NCBI GenBank assembly: GCA_030654155.1
Contig: JAURYA010000094.1
Span: forward strand, 1 to 61,618
Source of the DNA: Sulfurimonas sp.
Lineage (GTDB): Bacteria > Campylobacterota > Campylobacteria > Campylobacterales > Sulfurimonadaceae
Length of the DNA stretch: 61,618 bases
Direction: 5' to 3'
Shown: in pieces, positions 19,590 through 28,963 of the stretch
Layout of the letters: the number at the start of each line of letters is the position of its first letter
Position numbering within the stretch: position 1 is the stretch's first letter
The notes under the pieces: generated by a model
Databases searched by the model: none
Seen by the model: the letters and a program-made list of their open reading frames with translations, nothing else
Told to the model about the DNA's origin: nothing
Position numbers and translations under genes: made by a program

Positions 19590-20464
19590 ATGAACACTCT
19601 AACCGTAATTGACACTATTTCTAATAAAATACACACCATCCGTGAGTTTCAAGTGATGCTTGATAGAGATTTAGCAGAGCTTTATGGCGTTGAAACAAGA
19701 GTATTAAAGCAGGCAGTTAAAAGAAATATTGATAGATTTCCTAGCGATTTTATGTTTGAGTTAAATGATGAAGAGATAAACTTTTTGGTATCACAATCTG
19801 TGATACCATCTAAAAAATCTTTTGGAGGAGCAAAGCCATTCGTTTTTACAGAACAAGGAGTCTCCTCATTATCCGCAGTCTTAACAAGTAAAATTGCCAT
19901 TGAGATTTATATAAATATTATGAGAACATTTGTGCAAATGCGAAAAGTTATCAGCTCGAGCAGTTTGCTTTTTTCTAAAATAGAGGCTTTGGAAAAACGG
20001 CAAGTTTCGTATGAAATAAAGACAGATACAAAAATAGAGCAAGTCTTAACTGCATTGGAAGACAAAACTAAAAAACCGGATGAGGGGATATTTTTTGATG
20101 GGCAGGTATATGATGCTTATGTTTTTGTAAATGATTTGTTAAAAAGTGCAAAAAGCGAAATAGTGCTGATAGATAACTATATAGACGATACAGTTTTTAC
20201 ACTCTTTGGCAAATATCCAAATCTAAAAATAAAAATCTTTACTCTAACCATTACAAAACAACTTAGGCTTGATTATCAAAGATACCAAGCGCAAATGTAA
20301 ATATAGAGTTAAAAGAGTTTAAAAGCGCTCACGATAGATTTATGATAATTGATAATAAAGAGATGTATCATATCGGAGCGAGTCTCAAAGATTTGGGCAA
20401 AAAATGGTTTGCGTTTTCCAAGTTTGAGATGGAAGCTTCGGATATTTTAAAGAAGCTACATTAA
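19590..20464 (+). pseudogene. ORF6N DNA-binding domain fused to a PLD-like domain, frameshifted near 20295
   Basis: VMLDRDLAELYGVETR.L.QAVKRN..RFP.DFMF = ORF6N. First frame stops at 20298-20300; the -1 frame continues NIELKEFKSAHDRFMIIDNKEMYHIGASLKDLGKKWFAFSK...LH* to 20464. Confidence 0.82.
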
Positions 20465-20474
20465 AGGGAACAAA

Positions 20475-21656
20475 ATGAATTACGATTTTTCAACTTCTAC
20501 ATGTAGAGAAAACACAAATGCGGAGAAGTATGTTCTTCGTGAGAAGCTTTTTGGCACAAACGATGTTATGCCTCTCTGGGTTGCAGATATGGACATCGAC
20601 ACTCCGGATTTTGTGATTGAAGCGGTAAAAAAACGCCTAGAACATCCTATCATAGGATATGAGGAAGTGCCGCCTAGCATGTTTCTTGCCCAGATAGGAT
20701 GGATGAAAAACGAGCACAGCGTTGAGTTTGCCTTAGAGGATATGCTCCATTCTCATTCTGTGGTCGCGAGTATGAATGTTGCCATCGAAGCATTTACGCA
20801 AAAAGGCGATAAAATCATAGTCCAAACTCCGGTATATCCTCCTTTTTTTCACAGCGTGATGGAGCATGAGAGAGAGCTTCTGAAAAATCCTCTTCGTCTT
20901 AGAGATGATGGAAGTTACACTTTTGACATAGAAGATTTGAAATCAAAGATAGATGAGAAAACAAAACTTCTGCTTCTTTGCTCTCCGCACAACCCAGTCG
21001 GGCGTGTTTGGAGAAAAGAGGAGCTGGAGGAGATTTTAGAGCTATGCTTGAAGCATAACATAGTCGTGTTTAGCGATGAGATTCACTCTGATTTGGTATA
21101 TACGCCAAATGTACATGTTCCTTTCGCTTCGCTTTCATATGAGGCAAGAGATATAACGGTTACGGCTATCGGCGTAGGAAAAAGTTTTAATATGGCGGGC
21201 TTTGCCATAAGCAGTGTGGCAATACCAAATAAAGACTTAAGAGATAGATTTTTAAAGGTTTATAACCGCATCCACTTTGCAAACGGAAGCACACTTTCGC
21301 ATGTAGCTTTTGAAGCAGCTTACAAAGAGGGAAAAATATGGCTTGAAGAGTTAAAAACACATCTGTTTAAAAATTATCAGATGTTAAAAAAGTTGAGCGA
21401 AAAATTTCCGCATCTTATAAAATTGACCCCAATTGAGGCTACTTATTTGGCTTGGCTTGATTGCAGAGGTTTGGGGCTTCGCGACAAGGAGTTGAGGGAT
21501 TTTTTTGTTCATGAAGCTGGACTTGGGCTTAGTGCGGGGATTAGTTTTGGCAGAGAGGGAAGCGGTTTTATGAGGTTGAACTTTGCCATCTCTTCTGCTA
21601 AAATGTCACAACTGATAGAAAAATTGCAAAAAGCATTACAAGAACATAGGAATTAA
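20475..21656 (+). CDS. MalY/PatB family PLP-dependent C-S lyase
   Basis: PLWVADMD, PVYPPF, LCSPHNPVGRVW, SDEIHSDL, KSFNMAG, EATYLAWLD, GFMRLNFA. Confidence 0.92.
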   Translation: MNYDFSTSTCRENTNAEKYVLREKLFGTNDVMPLWVADMDIDTPDFVIEAVKKRLEHPIIGYEEVPPSMFLAQIGWMKNEHSVEFALEDMLHSHSVVASMNVAIEAFTQKGDKIIVQTPVYPPFFHSVMEHERELLKNPLRLRDDGSYTFDIEDLKSKIDEKTKLLLLCSPHNPVGRVWRKEELEEILELCLKHNIVVFSDEIHSDLVYTPNVHVPFASLSYEARDITVTAIGVGKSFNMAGFAISSVAIPNKDLRDRFLKVYNRIHFANGSTLSHVAFEAAYKEGKIWLEELKTHLFKNYQMLKKLSEKFPHLIKLTPIEATYLAWLDCRGLGLRDKELRDFFVHEAGLGLSAGISFGREGSGFMRLNFAISSAKMSQLIEKLQKALQEHRN

Positions 21657-21658
21657 AA

Positions 21659-21895
21659 TTGATTAAAATAAATTGGGACGATTTTAAATTTTTTAAACAA
21701 TACAGTGAAAACAAGAGTGATAATTTTGAGATATTGTTGGATTTTTTAAAAAGCCACTACAAGATGACGTCGCCAAAAGAGATGTATGAGACAATGGCAA
21801 ATGACGACACTGCGCTTCTGATGTTAAACAAGAGAGAGATCAACTCTTTGGAAGATTTAGAAAAGCGTCTTTATAAGAATTTCAGTGCAAAATGA
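21659..21895 (+). CDS. Small hypothetical protein
   Basis: 78-aa ORF with TTG start and AGGA upstream, packed between two co-oriented genes. Confidence 0.7.
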   Translation: MIKINWDDFKFFKQYSENKSDNFEILLDFLKSHYKMTSPKEMYETMANDDTALLMLNKREINSLEDLEKRLYKNFSAK

Positions 21896-22310
21896 TTTAG
21901 ACAAAATAGACGCATTTTTAGCAAAACATCATGTTTTAACTCTTGCTACTAGTGATGGCTTGGAGCTTAGCGCATGTAACCTTTTTTATGCATTTGACTT
22001 AGAAAAAATCTCCTTTGTCGTAGCAAGCAGCGACGAAACAACACATATAAAAAACATCTCAAAGAATAGAAATGTTGCTGGAACGGTTGTTTTGGAGACA
22101 AAAATAGTCGGTAAAATAGAGGGAGTTCAGTTTAGAGGCGAGTTTTTGCCTTTAGAGGATGAGGCTTTAAAAAAGCTCTATTTCAAGAGCTTTGCGTATG
22201 CGCTGGCTATGAATCCAACACTTTGGCAGATAAAAATCAACCATTTTAAATTAACTGACAACACTCTGGGATTTGGCAAAAAAATTATTTGGACAAATTC
22301 TTTTCTTTAA
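21885..22310 (+). CDS. Pyridoxamine 5'-phosphate oxidase-like (YhbP/UPF0306) split-barrel protein
   Basis: FL..HHVLTLAT, T.H, VAGTV, I.GVQF.G, KLTDNTLGFGKK..W. Confidence 0.85.
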   Translation: MQNDLDKIDAFLAKHHVLTLATSDGLELSACNLFYAFDLEKISFVVASSDETTHIKNISKNRNVAGTVVLETKIVGKIEGVQFRGEFLPLEDEALKKLYFKSFAYALAMNPTLWQIKINHFKLTDNTLGFGKKIIWTNSFL

Positions 22311-22458
22311 ACATCGTGCAATCAGTTCCGCTGCTCTGAAATACTACAATTGAGGGAATCTGTTGCGACTTAAAGCCGTATGCTCTGCAACCGTGAGGTC
22401 TTGGCGCCTCCCATGTAACAAAATAGTATTCACATTTTCTACAATTAATTCTTTTCAT
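22285..22458 (-). CDS. 57-aa four-cysteine small protein (absent from the ORF track)
   Basis: Hand translation: MKRINCRKCEYYFVTWEAPRPHGCRAYGFKSQQIPSIVVFQSSGTDCTMFKEKNLSK*. Fills the gap between two genes; the CxxC..VTW..GC...GFKS...PS pattern is one I recognise from a small-protein family. Confidence 0.8.
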   Translation of the reverse strand: MKRINCRKCEYYFVTWEAPRPHGCRAYGFKSQQIPSIVVFQSSGTDCTMFKEKNLSK

Positions 22459-22538
22459 ATAAATCTCTGTTTTAAGTGTGCTATTTTAGCATATTTGGTA
22501 CAATGCTCAAATAAAATAAAGTAATAAATTAAAGGAAA

Positions 22539-23234
22539 ATGATGGATAAGATATTACTTATGCTACAACTTCAAGCCGAGCTGAATGAAGCTACAAACGG
22601 CGCTGAGTGGACTAGCGGTATTACAAAAAACAACAAAGTTATCAACTGGAAGCGATGCATCTATATGGAGTGCGCAGAGATGATTGACAGCTTTACTTGG
22701 AAGCACTGGAAGAACATAGATAAAGAGGCAGATTGGGCTAACTTGCAGATAGAAGTTGTCGATGTTTGGCACTTTATTATGAGTTTGGCGATAGAAAACT
22801 ACACTCAAACTCACAGAGGTCGTATTGATGATTTGGCACAAAATATATCAGAGCTAGGAAATTTTGCCAAGATAGATACAAAAAATAATCTATTTGCCGC
22901 GCAGGATGATGTTATAGAAAAGATTGAGTCTATTATGATAGATACACTCTCAAGAAGCGCTCTAAACTTAGAAAAGCTGATATCTGATTTTTTTGATTTG
23001 GTTATTTTGAGCGGACTTGACTTAGAGAGCCTCTATAAACTTTATGTCGGAAAAAATATTTTAAACCAGTTTCGCCAAGACCATGGCTACAAAGACGGCT
23101 TGTACATTAAAGTTTGGGGCACAGAAGAGGATAACGTTGTTATGAAGAGAGTTTTGGATGAAAACAGCAGTGTATCTCCAAGCGAACTATATAAAGAGCT
23201 TACGAAACTCTATCTAGCGCTAAAGAAGAGATAG
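22539..23234 (+). CDS. dut: Dimeric all-alpha dUTP diphosphatase (Campylobacter type)
   Basis: LQ..LN, E.AE.IDS..WKHWK, IEVVDVWHF, Y..KN.LN.FRQ.HGY..G.Y.K.W..EEDN. Confidence 0.92.
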   Translation: MMDKILLMLQLQAELNEATNGAEWTSGITKNNKVINWKRCIYMECAEMIDSFTWKHWKNIDKEADWANLQIEVVDVWHFIMSLAIENYTQTHRGRIDDLAQNISELGNFAKIDTKNNLFAAQDDVIEKIESIMIDTLSRSALNLEKLISDFFDLVILSGLDLESLYKLYVGKNILNQFRQDHGYKDGLYIKVWGTEEDNVVMKRVLDENSSVSPSELYKELTKLYLALKKR

Positions 23235-23237
23235 CAG

Positions 23238-23807
23238 TTGAGCAGTGTATTAGAGGTAGAGAATCTATCTTTTGGGTACAAAAAAGGTTCTCTGCTTTTT
23301 GATAATCTCTCATTTTCCTTAAAAAAAGGCGAAATAAAAGCGATAGTCGGGGCAAGCGGGGCAGGAAAAAGTACAATTTTTGAACTGATTTTAGGAAATC
23401 TAAAACCGCTTTCTGGAACCATTAAAAGTTCGTTCTGCTCTGAGGTATTTCAAGACCCGTACAGCTCTTTTCATCCAAGCTACACTCTTTTAAATCAGAT
23501 AAAAGATGTGGCAAAGCTTGATGAGTTGGATATCTACCTCAAGAGGATAAATCTCGATTACGAACTTCTTTTAAAACTTCCGCATGAACTCTCAGGTGGA
23601 CAGCTTCAACGAGCTTCCATCCTCCGCGCTATGCTTATGAAACCCGACCTGCTTCTGCTCGATGAGCCTACTTCCGCACTTGACAATGTTATTCAGCTAG
23701 AGGTTATGAGTATGCTTGTTAAACATCTTGATAGAATGGGAATGTTGCTTATCACGCACGATTTGGATTTGGCCAAATGGTGCGCGGATGAGATTATTAT
23801 GATTTGA
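23238..23807 (+). CDS. Short ABC-type ATP-binding protein (DppF/NikE-like)
   Basis: Walker A GASGAGKST, FQDPYSS Q-loop, PHELSGGQLQR signature, LLLDEPTSALD, ITHD. Confidence 0.88.
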   Translation: MSSVLEVENLSFGYKKGSLLFDNLSFSLKKGEIKAIVGASGAGKSTIFELILGNLKPLSGTIKSSFCSEVFQDPYSSFHPSYTLLNQIKDVAKLDELDIYLKRINLDYELLLKLPHELSGGQLQRASILRAMLMKPDLLLLDEPTSALDNVIQLEVMSMLVKHLDRMGMLLITHDLDLAKWCADEIIMI

Positions 23808-23851
23808 GAGTCAGAGTCGGTATCGAGTCTAAATTATCTAGTATGCCAAAC

Positions 23852-25141
23852 TTAAAATAGATAAGAAGCGATTACGCTGATATTATTCATCTGTTTTTCG
23901 GCTCTCTCACCTGTTGCAACCCCATCATATTCGCTTCTTTTTATAAAACTAACTAGTTTAAGCGTAAGATTTTTTATAGGTTTATAGCTTATTGCCAAAT
24001 CTGACTCATACGCTGCTTTTGCAGCTGCAAGACTCCTCCAGCCAATGGTTTTTGATTTTTCATAATAAGCAAAGCTAGCTAAAAAGCTAAGTGTGCTTGA
24101 GAGGGTGTACCCTAAGGCTGTTTTGTATGCCAAAACATCGCGCCTATAAACATTTCTTGAAAATATGGAACTCGTATAGGCAGGGTCTGAGCCCCACGCA
24201 TTGAAATACTCGGCATCATTTGATTTATTTACGGAGAGTGAGAGAAACTTTATGGAATCTGCAATTTTTGCTTCAAAACCGCCCATAAAAAAAGAGTTTT
24301 GGATATTGCCGTAATTTTTTCCGATAGATTTTTGAGCAAGGAGCTGTGCGCTTAAAGATAGTTTCGTTAAATTGACAAATTCTGTTTTATAGCTTGTGTC
24401 CATATAAAAAGTATTTGCAAAATCATATGCCGTGTAGTTCCACGCTCTGTATGAAAATGAATCGCAGAGTTGGTGTTCTAATCCTATAAAGCTTATTCCT
24501 TTGGTGTCTTCGCCCCCTGCCGCTTCGGCAATACTTATAAATTTTGCCTGCTCAACCCCGTTTATGGATTGTGATTGCATCGGTACTGCAGCGCCTGCAG
24601 TTTTCGTCTGCTCCCCCACTAAAGCCCAATCTGCAGCTCCTTGTGAGCCAAAGGAGATTGCATTTATATGTCCAAGAGAGAGGCTGATATTTTCATTAAG
24701 AGAGTTTTTCAAAAAAACAGCTTGATAGAAATTTGGAGTAAGGGTTGTGCTGATTTTTGTTAAAGGCGTATCCAAAAGTTGTCGCCCGACTACCGCATCT
24801 GTTGTTCTGTTTTTATAGCGAAGATACAACTCGCCAAAAACAACGCTTGTGTCGCCTTTTGGTTGGCTAAAAAGCCCCAAAGCGTTATTTTTACCCTCCC
24901 AATTTGTCAGACCCGTATCTCCGTTTGCATAAGCTCCTATGCCAAAATGGAGACCTTCATAAAAATTCTCAGAGATATATTTTAGCTTTAAAAGATAAGC
25001 GCTTCCGTCTTCGGGAGCATATTTATTGCTTTTATCGCTAAGAACGTGAATGACTTTTATTTCACCCTCTGTTTTTGCTTCTTGAGCGTCCACTCCGTAT
25101 AAAATTGTGCAAAATAGAAGTATTTGTAAAACTATTCTCAT
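23852..25141 (-). CDS. Outer-membrane beta-barrel porin, OprD-like
   Basis: Signal peptide, amphipathic strands, ELYLRY...GRQLLDTP motif, C-terminal YLF. Confidence 0.75.
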   Translation of the reverse strand: MRIVLQILLFCTILYGVDAQEAKTEGEIKVIHVLSDKSNKYAPEDGSAYLLKLKYISENFYEGLHFGIGAYANGDTGLTNWEGKNNALGLFSQPKGDTSVVFGELYLRYKNRTTDAVVGRQLLDTPLTKISTTLTPNFYQAVFLKNSLNENISLSLGHINAISFGSQGAADWALVGEQTKTAGAAVPMQSQSINGVEQAKFISIAEAAGGEDTKGISFIGLEHQLCDSFSYRAWNYTAYDFANTFYMDTSYKTEFVNLTKLSLSAQLLAQKSIGKNYGNIQNSFFMGGFEAKIADSIKFLSLSVNKSNDAEYFNAWGSDPAYTSSIFSRNVYRRDVLAYKTALGYTLSSTLSFLASFAYYEKSKTIGWRSLAAAKAAYESDLAISYKPIKNLTLKLVSFIKRSEYDGVATGERAEKQMNNISVIASYLF

Positions 25142-25150
25142 CTTTTGCCT

Positions 25151-25543
25151 TTATCTCATAAAATATTTTACTATATAAAAACCGCTTCCGGCCATAAAAA
25201 TAGAGCCAAAAGCGTTTAGAGAGATATTTGCAAGAGCCAAAGCGATGTGCCCGCTGTTTAGTAAAAAAAAACTCTCGATTGCAAATGCAGAGTAGGTTGT
25301 AAGTCCACCTAAAATCCCCGTAGTTAAAAAAGATTTTACATGCATAGAAAAGAGTGTTGTGTACATAAAGTATGCTATCAATAAGCCCATTATAAAACTG
25401 CCGATTAGGTTTACCCCCAAAGTTCCAAAGGGAATGTCATGCGGCAGTCTATGCGATATAACGCCGTTTAGATAAGCCCTAAGCACAGCGCCTATGAAAC
25501 CGCCGCTACCTATGGCTAGGATTGTTTGCCAGCTCATCATCAT
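25151..25543 (-). CDS. crcB: Fluoride efflux channel
   Basis: GG..GAVLR, P.GTL.VN..GSF, TGILGGLTTYS.F. Confidence 0.95.
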   Translation of the reverse strand: MMMSWQTILAIGSGGFIGAVLRAYLNGVISHRLPHDIPFGTLGVNLIGSFIMGLLIAYFMYTTLFSMHVKSFLTTGILGGLTTYSAFAIESFFLLNSGHIALALANISLNAFGSIFMAGSGFYIVKYFMR

Positions 25544-26204
25544 ACACCTTTTGCATTTTTATTCGTAAATCGCTTAGCCAATTCTTATCGCTTTTATCTG
25601 CTATGAAAGATTCCATAAAAATTACGGTAATTTTACCCGGTTTATAGTAGAAATTTTTCATATTGTAATATTTTGACGTCTGCAAAAGCACTATCGGCTG
25701 AACGCAAAGTTTGTTTGCATCTGCTACTATTTTTGCGCCGGATTTAAAAGGGAGCATCATGTCTTTTGTAGAACGGGTTCCTTCCGGAAACATGGTTATA
25801 GCCCTGTTTGTTTTAAGTACGTGTTTGGCATCTTTTAGAAGTTTTATAAGCGATGTTTTGCTCTCTCTCTCAACTGCAATGTCTTGCGGCAGTTTTAGAG
25901 CCAAACCAAAAAAAGGCATGTCGAAAAGCTCTTTTTTTGCAACCCATGCAAGGTCTCTATTTGTTATTGTCTCCATAATCGCTATATCTAAATCACTTTG
26001 ATGATTTAACAGAAACATTTGCGCGTTCGGGTCCTCTTTTCCTTTAATTTTAACTCTGAAAAATATGGTAAGTCTAATTAGCCAAGCAGAAAATTTTCTG
26101 CAGTAAGGTTTAGGAAAAAGATAAAAAGTTAAAATCATAAAGGAGAGAGATGTAAAAATTATTATAGTTGCAAAGAGCCAACTAATTTGAGCAAATATCT
26201 TCAT
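25506..26204 (-). CDS. plsC: 1-acyl-sn-glycerol-3-phosphate acyltransferase
   Basis: NHQSDLD (HX4D), AKKEL, FPEGTRS, FKSGA. Confidence 0.93.
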   Translation of the reverse strand: MKIFAQISWLFATIIIFTSLSFMILTFYLFPKPYCRKFSAWLIRLTIFFRVKIKGKEDPNAQMFLLNHQSDLDIAIMETITNRDLAWVAKKELFDMPFFGLALKLPQDIAVERESKTSLIKLLKDAKHVLKTNRAITMFPEGTRSTKDMMLPFKSGAKIVADANKLCVQPIVLLQTSKYYNMKNFYYKPGKITVIFMESFIADKSDKNWLSDLRIKMQKVYDDELANNPSHR

Positions 26205-27333
26205 CTTTTACCCAGCCTATTTTTTTATCTTTTAATTGTACTTTTGCCCACCCTTTTATTTCAAACTCTTTTTGCAAACTGTATTGGCTGGGGGTTGTCT
26301 CAAATATCGTTCCGTTTGCTACCGGAAGCAGATATATTCCAGCTCCTTCTTTTATACATATCTCTCTAGAGGGAGTGCCTGTATAGAGAACATATATAAG
26401 GGGAATAATAATAAAAGTCAGGTAAATATATTTCTTTCTCCACAAAATGACTAAAAAAGCAATAATGGCTATGATTGAAGCGATGCCCATTTTTAGCATT
26501 TCATGAGATTGGTCTTTTGGCTTAAGATCGCTCTGCGTTGTTACGCTGTCATCATTTACAATAATTGGTATTTTTACTTGTATAAATCTATTTTTTACTA
26601 GGTTAAAGTATGAGAATTCTAAAGTTTCTACCCCTTTGTCTATTATCGCATAGTATGTAATTTTAGAGTTCAGATAGGAGTCTGCAACGGATTCCACACC
26701 CTGTTTAAAGACACCGTTTAATTTTAAAGCGGAAATGTTAGAGTTTGTGGCAGTTGCCACAAATACAACTATATTGTATGTAGCATCATAGCTTGTGGTT
26801 TTATACTCAACTATCTCAAATGAGTCTGCTATTATTTTTGAAAAATCACTTTTAGGGTTAAGCGATATAACATTTAATTTGTCACCTATTAGGGTTGTAG
26901 TTTCATATCGTTTATTATTGTAATCAAGAAGAGTTGCTTTAAAATCTGGAAGTCTGATGCTCTCTGAAGTTGCTAAAAAGTAAAAAGTTTCATAATAGTT
27001 ATTTGAATCTATCTTTCTTGATGGAAAATCACTTAGCAGTTTTAAACCTTCTGAGTTTGTCAATTCATATGTGATATCAACAAAATCTTTTACGGTAGAA
27101 ACTGCTTTTATGGTAACTTTAAATATCTCACCCTTTAAGACTCTTTGTGGGATATTTTCGTAGCTTAAATATATTACTTTCTCAAGAGCACCGCTCTTTC
27201 CTTCAGCACTGCTCTCATCATAAGGTATCGCTTCTGCCGTATTGGCAGCGTTGTTGATATCCTGTCCTGCATCATCTACATTTGCAAATATCGCACTATA
27301 AAGAAACAGCCATACTAATAGTAATCTAATCAC
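26182..27333 (-). CDS. Exported/membrane protein with C-terminal SH3-like domain
   Basis: Signal peptide, two late TM segments, C-terminal W.KV......IGWV typical of bacterial SH3; lies between purQ and plsC. Confidence 0.75.
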   Translation of the reverse strand: MIRLLLVWLFLYSAIFANVDDAGQDINNAANTAEAIPYDESSAEGKSGALEKVIYLSYENIPQRVLKGEIFKVTIKAVSTVKDFVDITYELTNSEGLKLLSDFPSRKIDSNNYYETFYFLATSESIRLPDFKATLLDYNNKRYETTTLIGDKLNVISLNPKSDFSKIIADSFEIVEYKTTSYDATYNIVVFVATATNSNISALKLNGVFKQGVESVADSYLNSKITYYAIIDKGVETLEFSYFNLVKNRFIQVKIPIIVNDDSVTTQSDLKPKDQSHEMLKMGIASIIAIIAFLVILWRKKYIYLTFIIIPLIYVLYTGTPSREICIKEGAGIYLLPVANGTIFETTPSQYSLQKEFEIKGWAKVQLKDKKIGWVKDEDICSN

Positions 27334-28004
27334 GCTTCTAAAAATCCTTGTAGCATTTTTATGCCGTCATCGCTTCCAAGAATTTTTTCCATAGCTCTCT
27401 CAGGGTGAGGCATAAGTCCAAAAACATTTCTCTCTTTGTTGCAAACACCTGCGATTGAATCAACGCTGCCGTTAGGATTTTTTTCGTTGCCGCTCTCGTC
27501 ACAATATTTTAAAAGGATTTGGTTGTTGGCATAAAGCTCTTTTAAACCCTTCTCGTCTATGTAGTAGTTTCCGTCATGGTGAGCGATAGGAACATTTACA
27601 ACATCGCCGTTGTGAAGTTTTTCTAAAAATATATTGTCATTGTTTACGACTTTTAGATTGTGATGCTTTGAAAGAAAGTGTAGACTTTCATTTCTCTTAA
27701 GCGCACCGGGAAGAAGACCAGCCTCTGTTAAGACTTGAAAACCGTTGCATATGCCTAAAACTTTTCCGCCGTTGTTCGCATAGTTTATAACAGCTTTCAT
27801 AACAGGACTGAATTTTGCGATAGCACCGCTTCTTAGGTAGTCACCGTAGCTAAAACCGCCTGCTACAACAAGCAGGTCAGTGTCGGACGGAACACTCTCT
27901 TCCTTATGCCATAATATTTCAGTTTCGGCACCTAATGATTTAAAAGCATTTTGTGTGTCATATTCGCAGTTGGTACCAGGGAACTGTAAGATTGTTACTT
28001 TCAT
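27330..28004 (-). CDS. purQ: FGAM synthase glutaminase subunit
   Basis: FPGTNC, GGFSYGDYLRSGA, GICNGFQ, NPNGS, MPHPER. Confidence 0.97.
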   Translation of the reverse strand: MKVTILQFPGTNCEYDTQNAFKSLGAETEILWHKEESVPSDTDLLVVAGGFSYGDYLRSGAIAKFSPVMKAVINYANNGGKVLGICNGFQVLTEAGLLPGALKRNESLHFLSKHHNLKVVNNDNIFLEKLHNGDVVNVPIAHHDGNYYIDEKGLKELYANNQILLKYCDESGNEKNPNGSVDSIAGVCNKERNVFGLMPHPERAMEKILGSDDGIKMLQGFLEA

Positions 28005-28246
28005 TTTACCAGCTCAATCGTATAATCTTCGATTACCGTATTTGCAAGAAGCTCCTCACACATTTTTGTAACGTCAGCCATTGCTTTTTTCTCCTCTTTT
28101 TCATCAAGAGAAAATATTATCTGTTTTCCGACGCGAACATTGCTTACATTATCAAAGTGCAGTGAAGCCAGCGCATGATGCACCGCCTTGCCTTGAGAGT
28201 CTAAAACACCAGCTTTTAAAAATACATTTACTATTGCTTTCATCAT
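28001..28246 (-). CDS. purS: FGAM synthase PurS subunit
   Basis: LK.GVLD.QG.A, VRVGK, LLANTVIEDY. Confidence 0.96.
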   Translation of the reverse strand: MMKAIVNVFLKAGVLDSQGKAVHHALASLHFDNVSNVRVGKQIIFSLDEKEEKKAMADVTKMCEELLANTVIEDYTIELVK

Positions 28247-28959
28247 TACTTCCCTAATATTCTATTTAAAACTTGCTCGTAAGCCACTGTCAAACCGCCT
28301 AAACCTTGGCGAAATCTGTCTTTATCCATTTTTTCGCCGCTTACCATATCCCAAAAACGGCAATTGTCAGGGCTAATCTCATCTATTAGGATAATATTGC
28401 CGCTTTTGTCTTTTCCAAATTCAAGTTTGAAATCAACCAGATTGAGACCTTTGTCTGCAAAATATGGTTTTAGGATATCATTAATCTGTCTTGCCATGCG
28501 GCGAAGTTTGTCAAGTTCATCTTGAAAATTAACCAGTCCCAAAATAAGAGCATGCTGATCATTTAGTTTCGGATCGCCCAAATCATCGTTTTTATAATCA
28601 AACTCAACAAGAGTAAACGGTAAAACTGTACCGTCTTTTATGCCAAGATTTTTGCTTAAGCTTCCTGTTGCAATATTGCGTACAATTACTTCAATCAATA
28701 TAACTTTAGTTCTTTTATGCAACATGTTATTGTCATCTAGCATCTTAACAAAATGCGTCTGGATGCCCTTTGCTTCCAAAAGTTTAAAAAGCTCCGTTGA
28801 AATTTTGTTGTTAAGAGCACCTTTGCCGGCTTCGCTAGATTTCTTCGCTCCATTAAACGCAGTCAAGTCATCTTTAAACTCTGAGATAAGTAAGTTGTCA
28901 TCATCGGTTGAGAAGAGCTTTTTCGCTTTTCCTTCGTAGAGTAATTCTCTTTTTTCCAT
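28246..28959 (-). CDS. purC: SAICAR synthase
   Basis: [43 protein letters not shown]. Confidence 0.97.
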   Translation of the reverse strand: MEKRELLYEGKAKKLFSTDDDNLLISEFKDDLTAFNGAKKSSEAGKGALNNKISTELFKLLEAKGIQTHFVKMLDDNNMLHKRTKVILIEVIVRNIATGSLSKNLGIKDGTVLPFTLVEFDYKNDDLGDPKLNDQHALILGLVNFQDELDKLRRMARQINDILKPYFADKGLNLVDFKLEFGKDKSGNIILIDEISPDNCRFWDMVSGEKMDKDRFRQGLGGLTVAYEQVLNRILGK

Positions 28960-28963
28960 TTAG

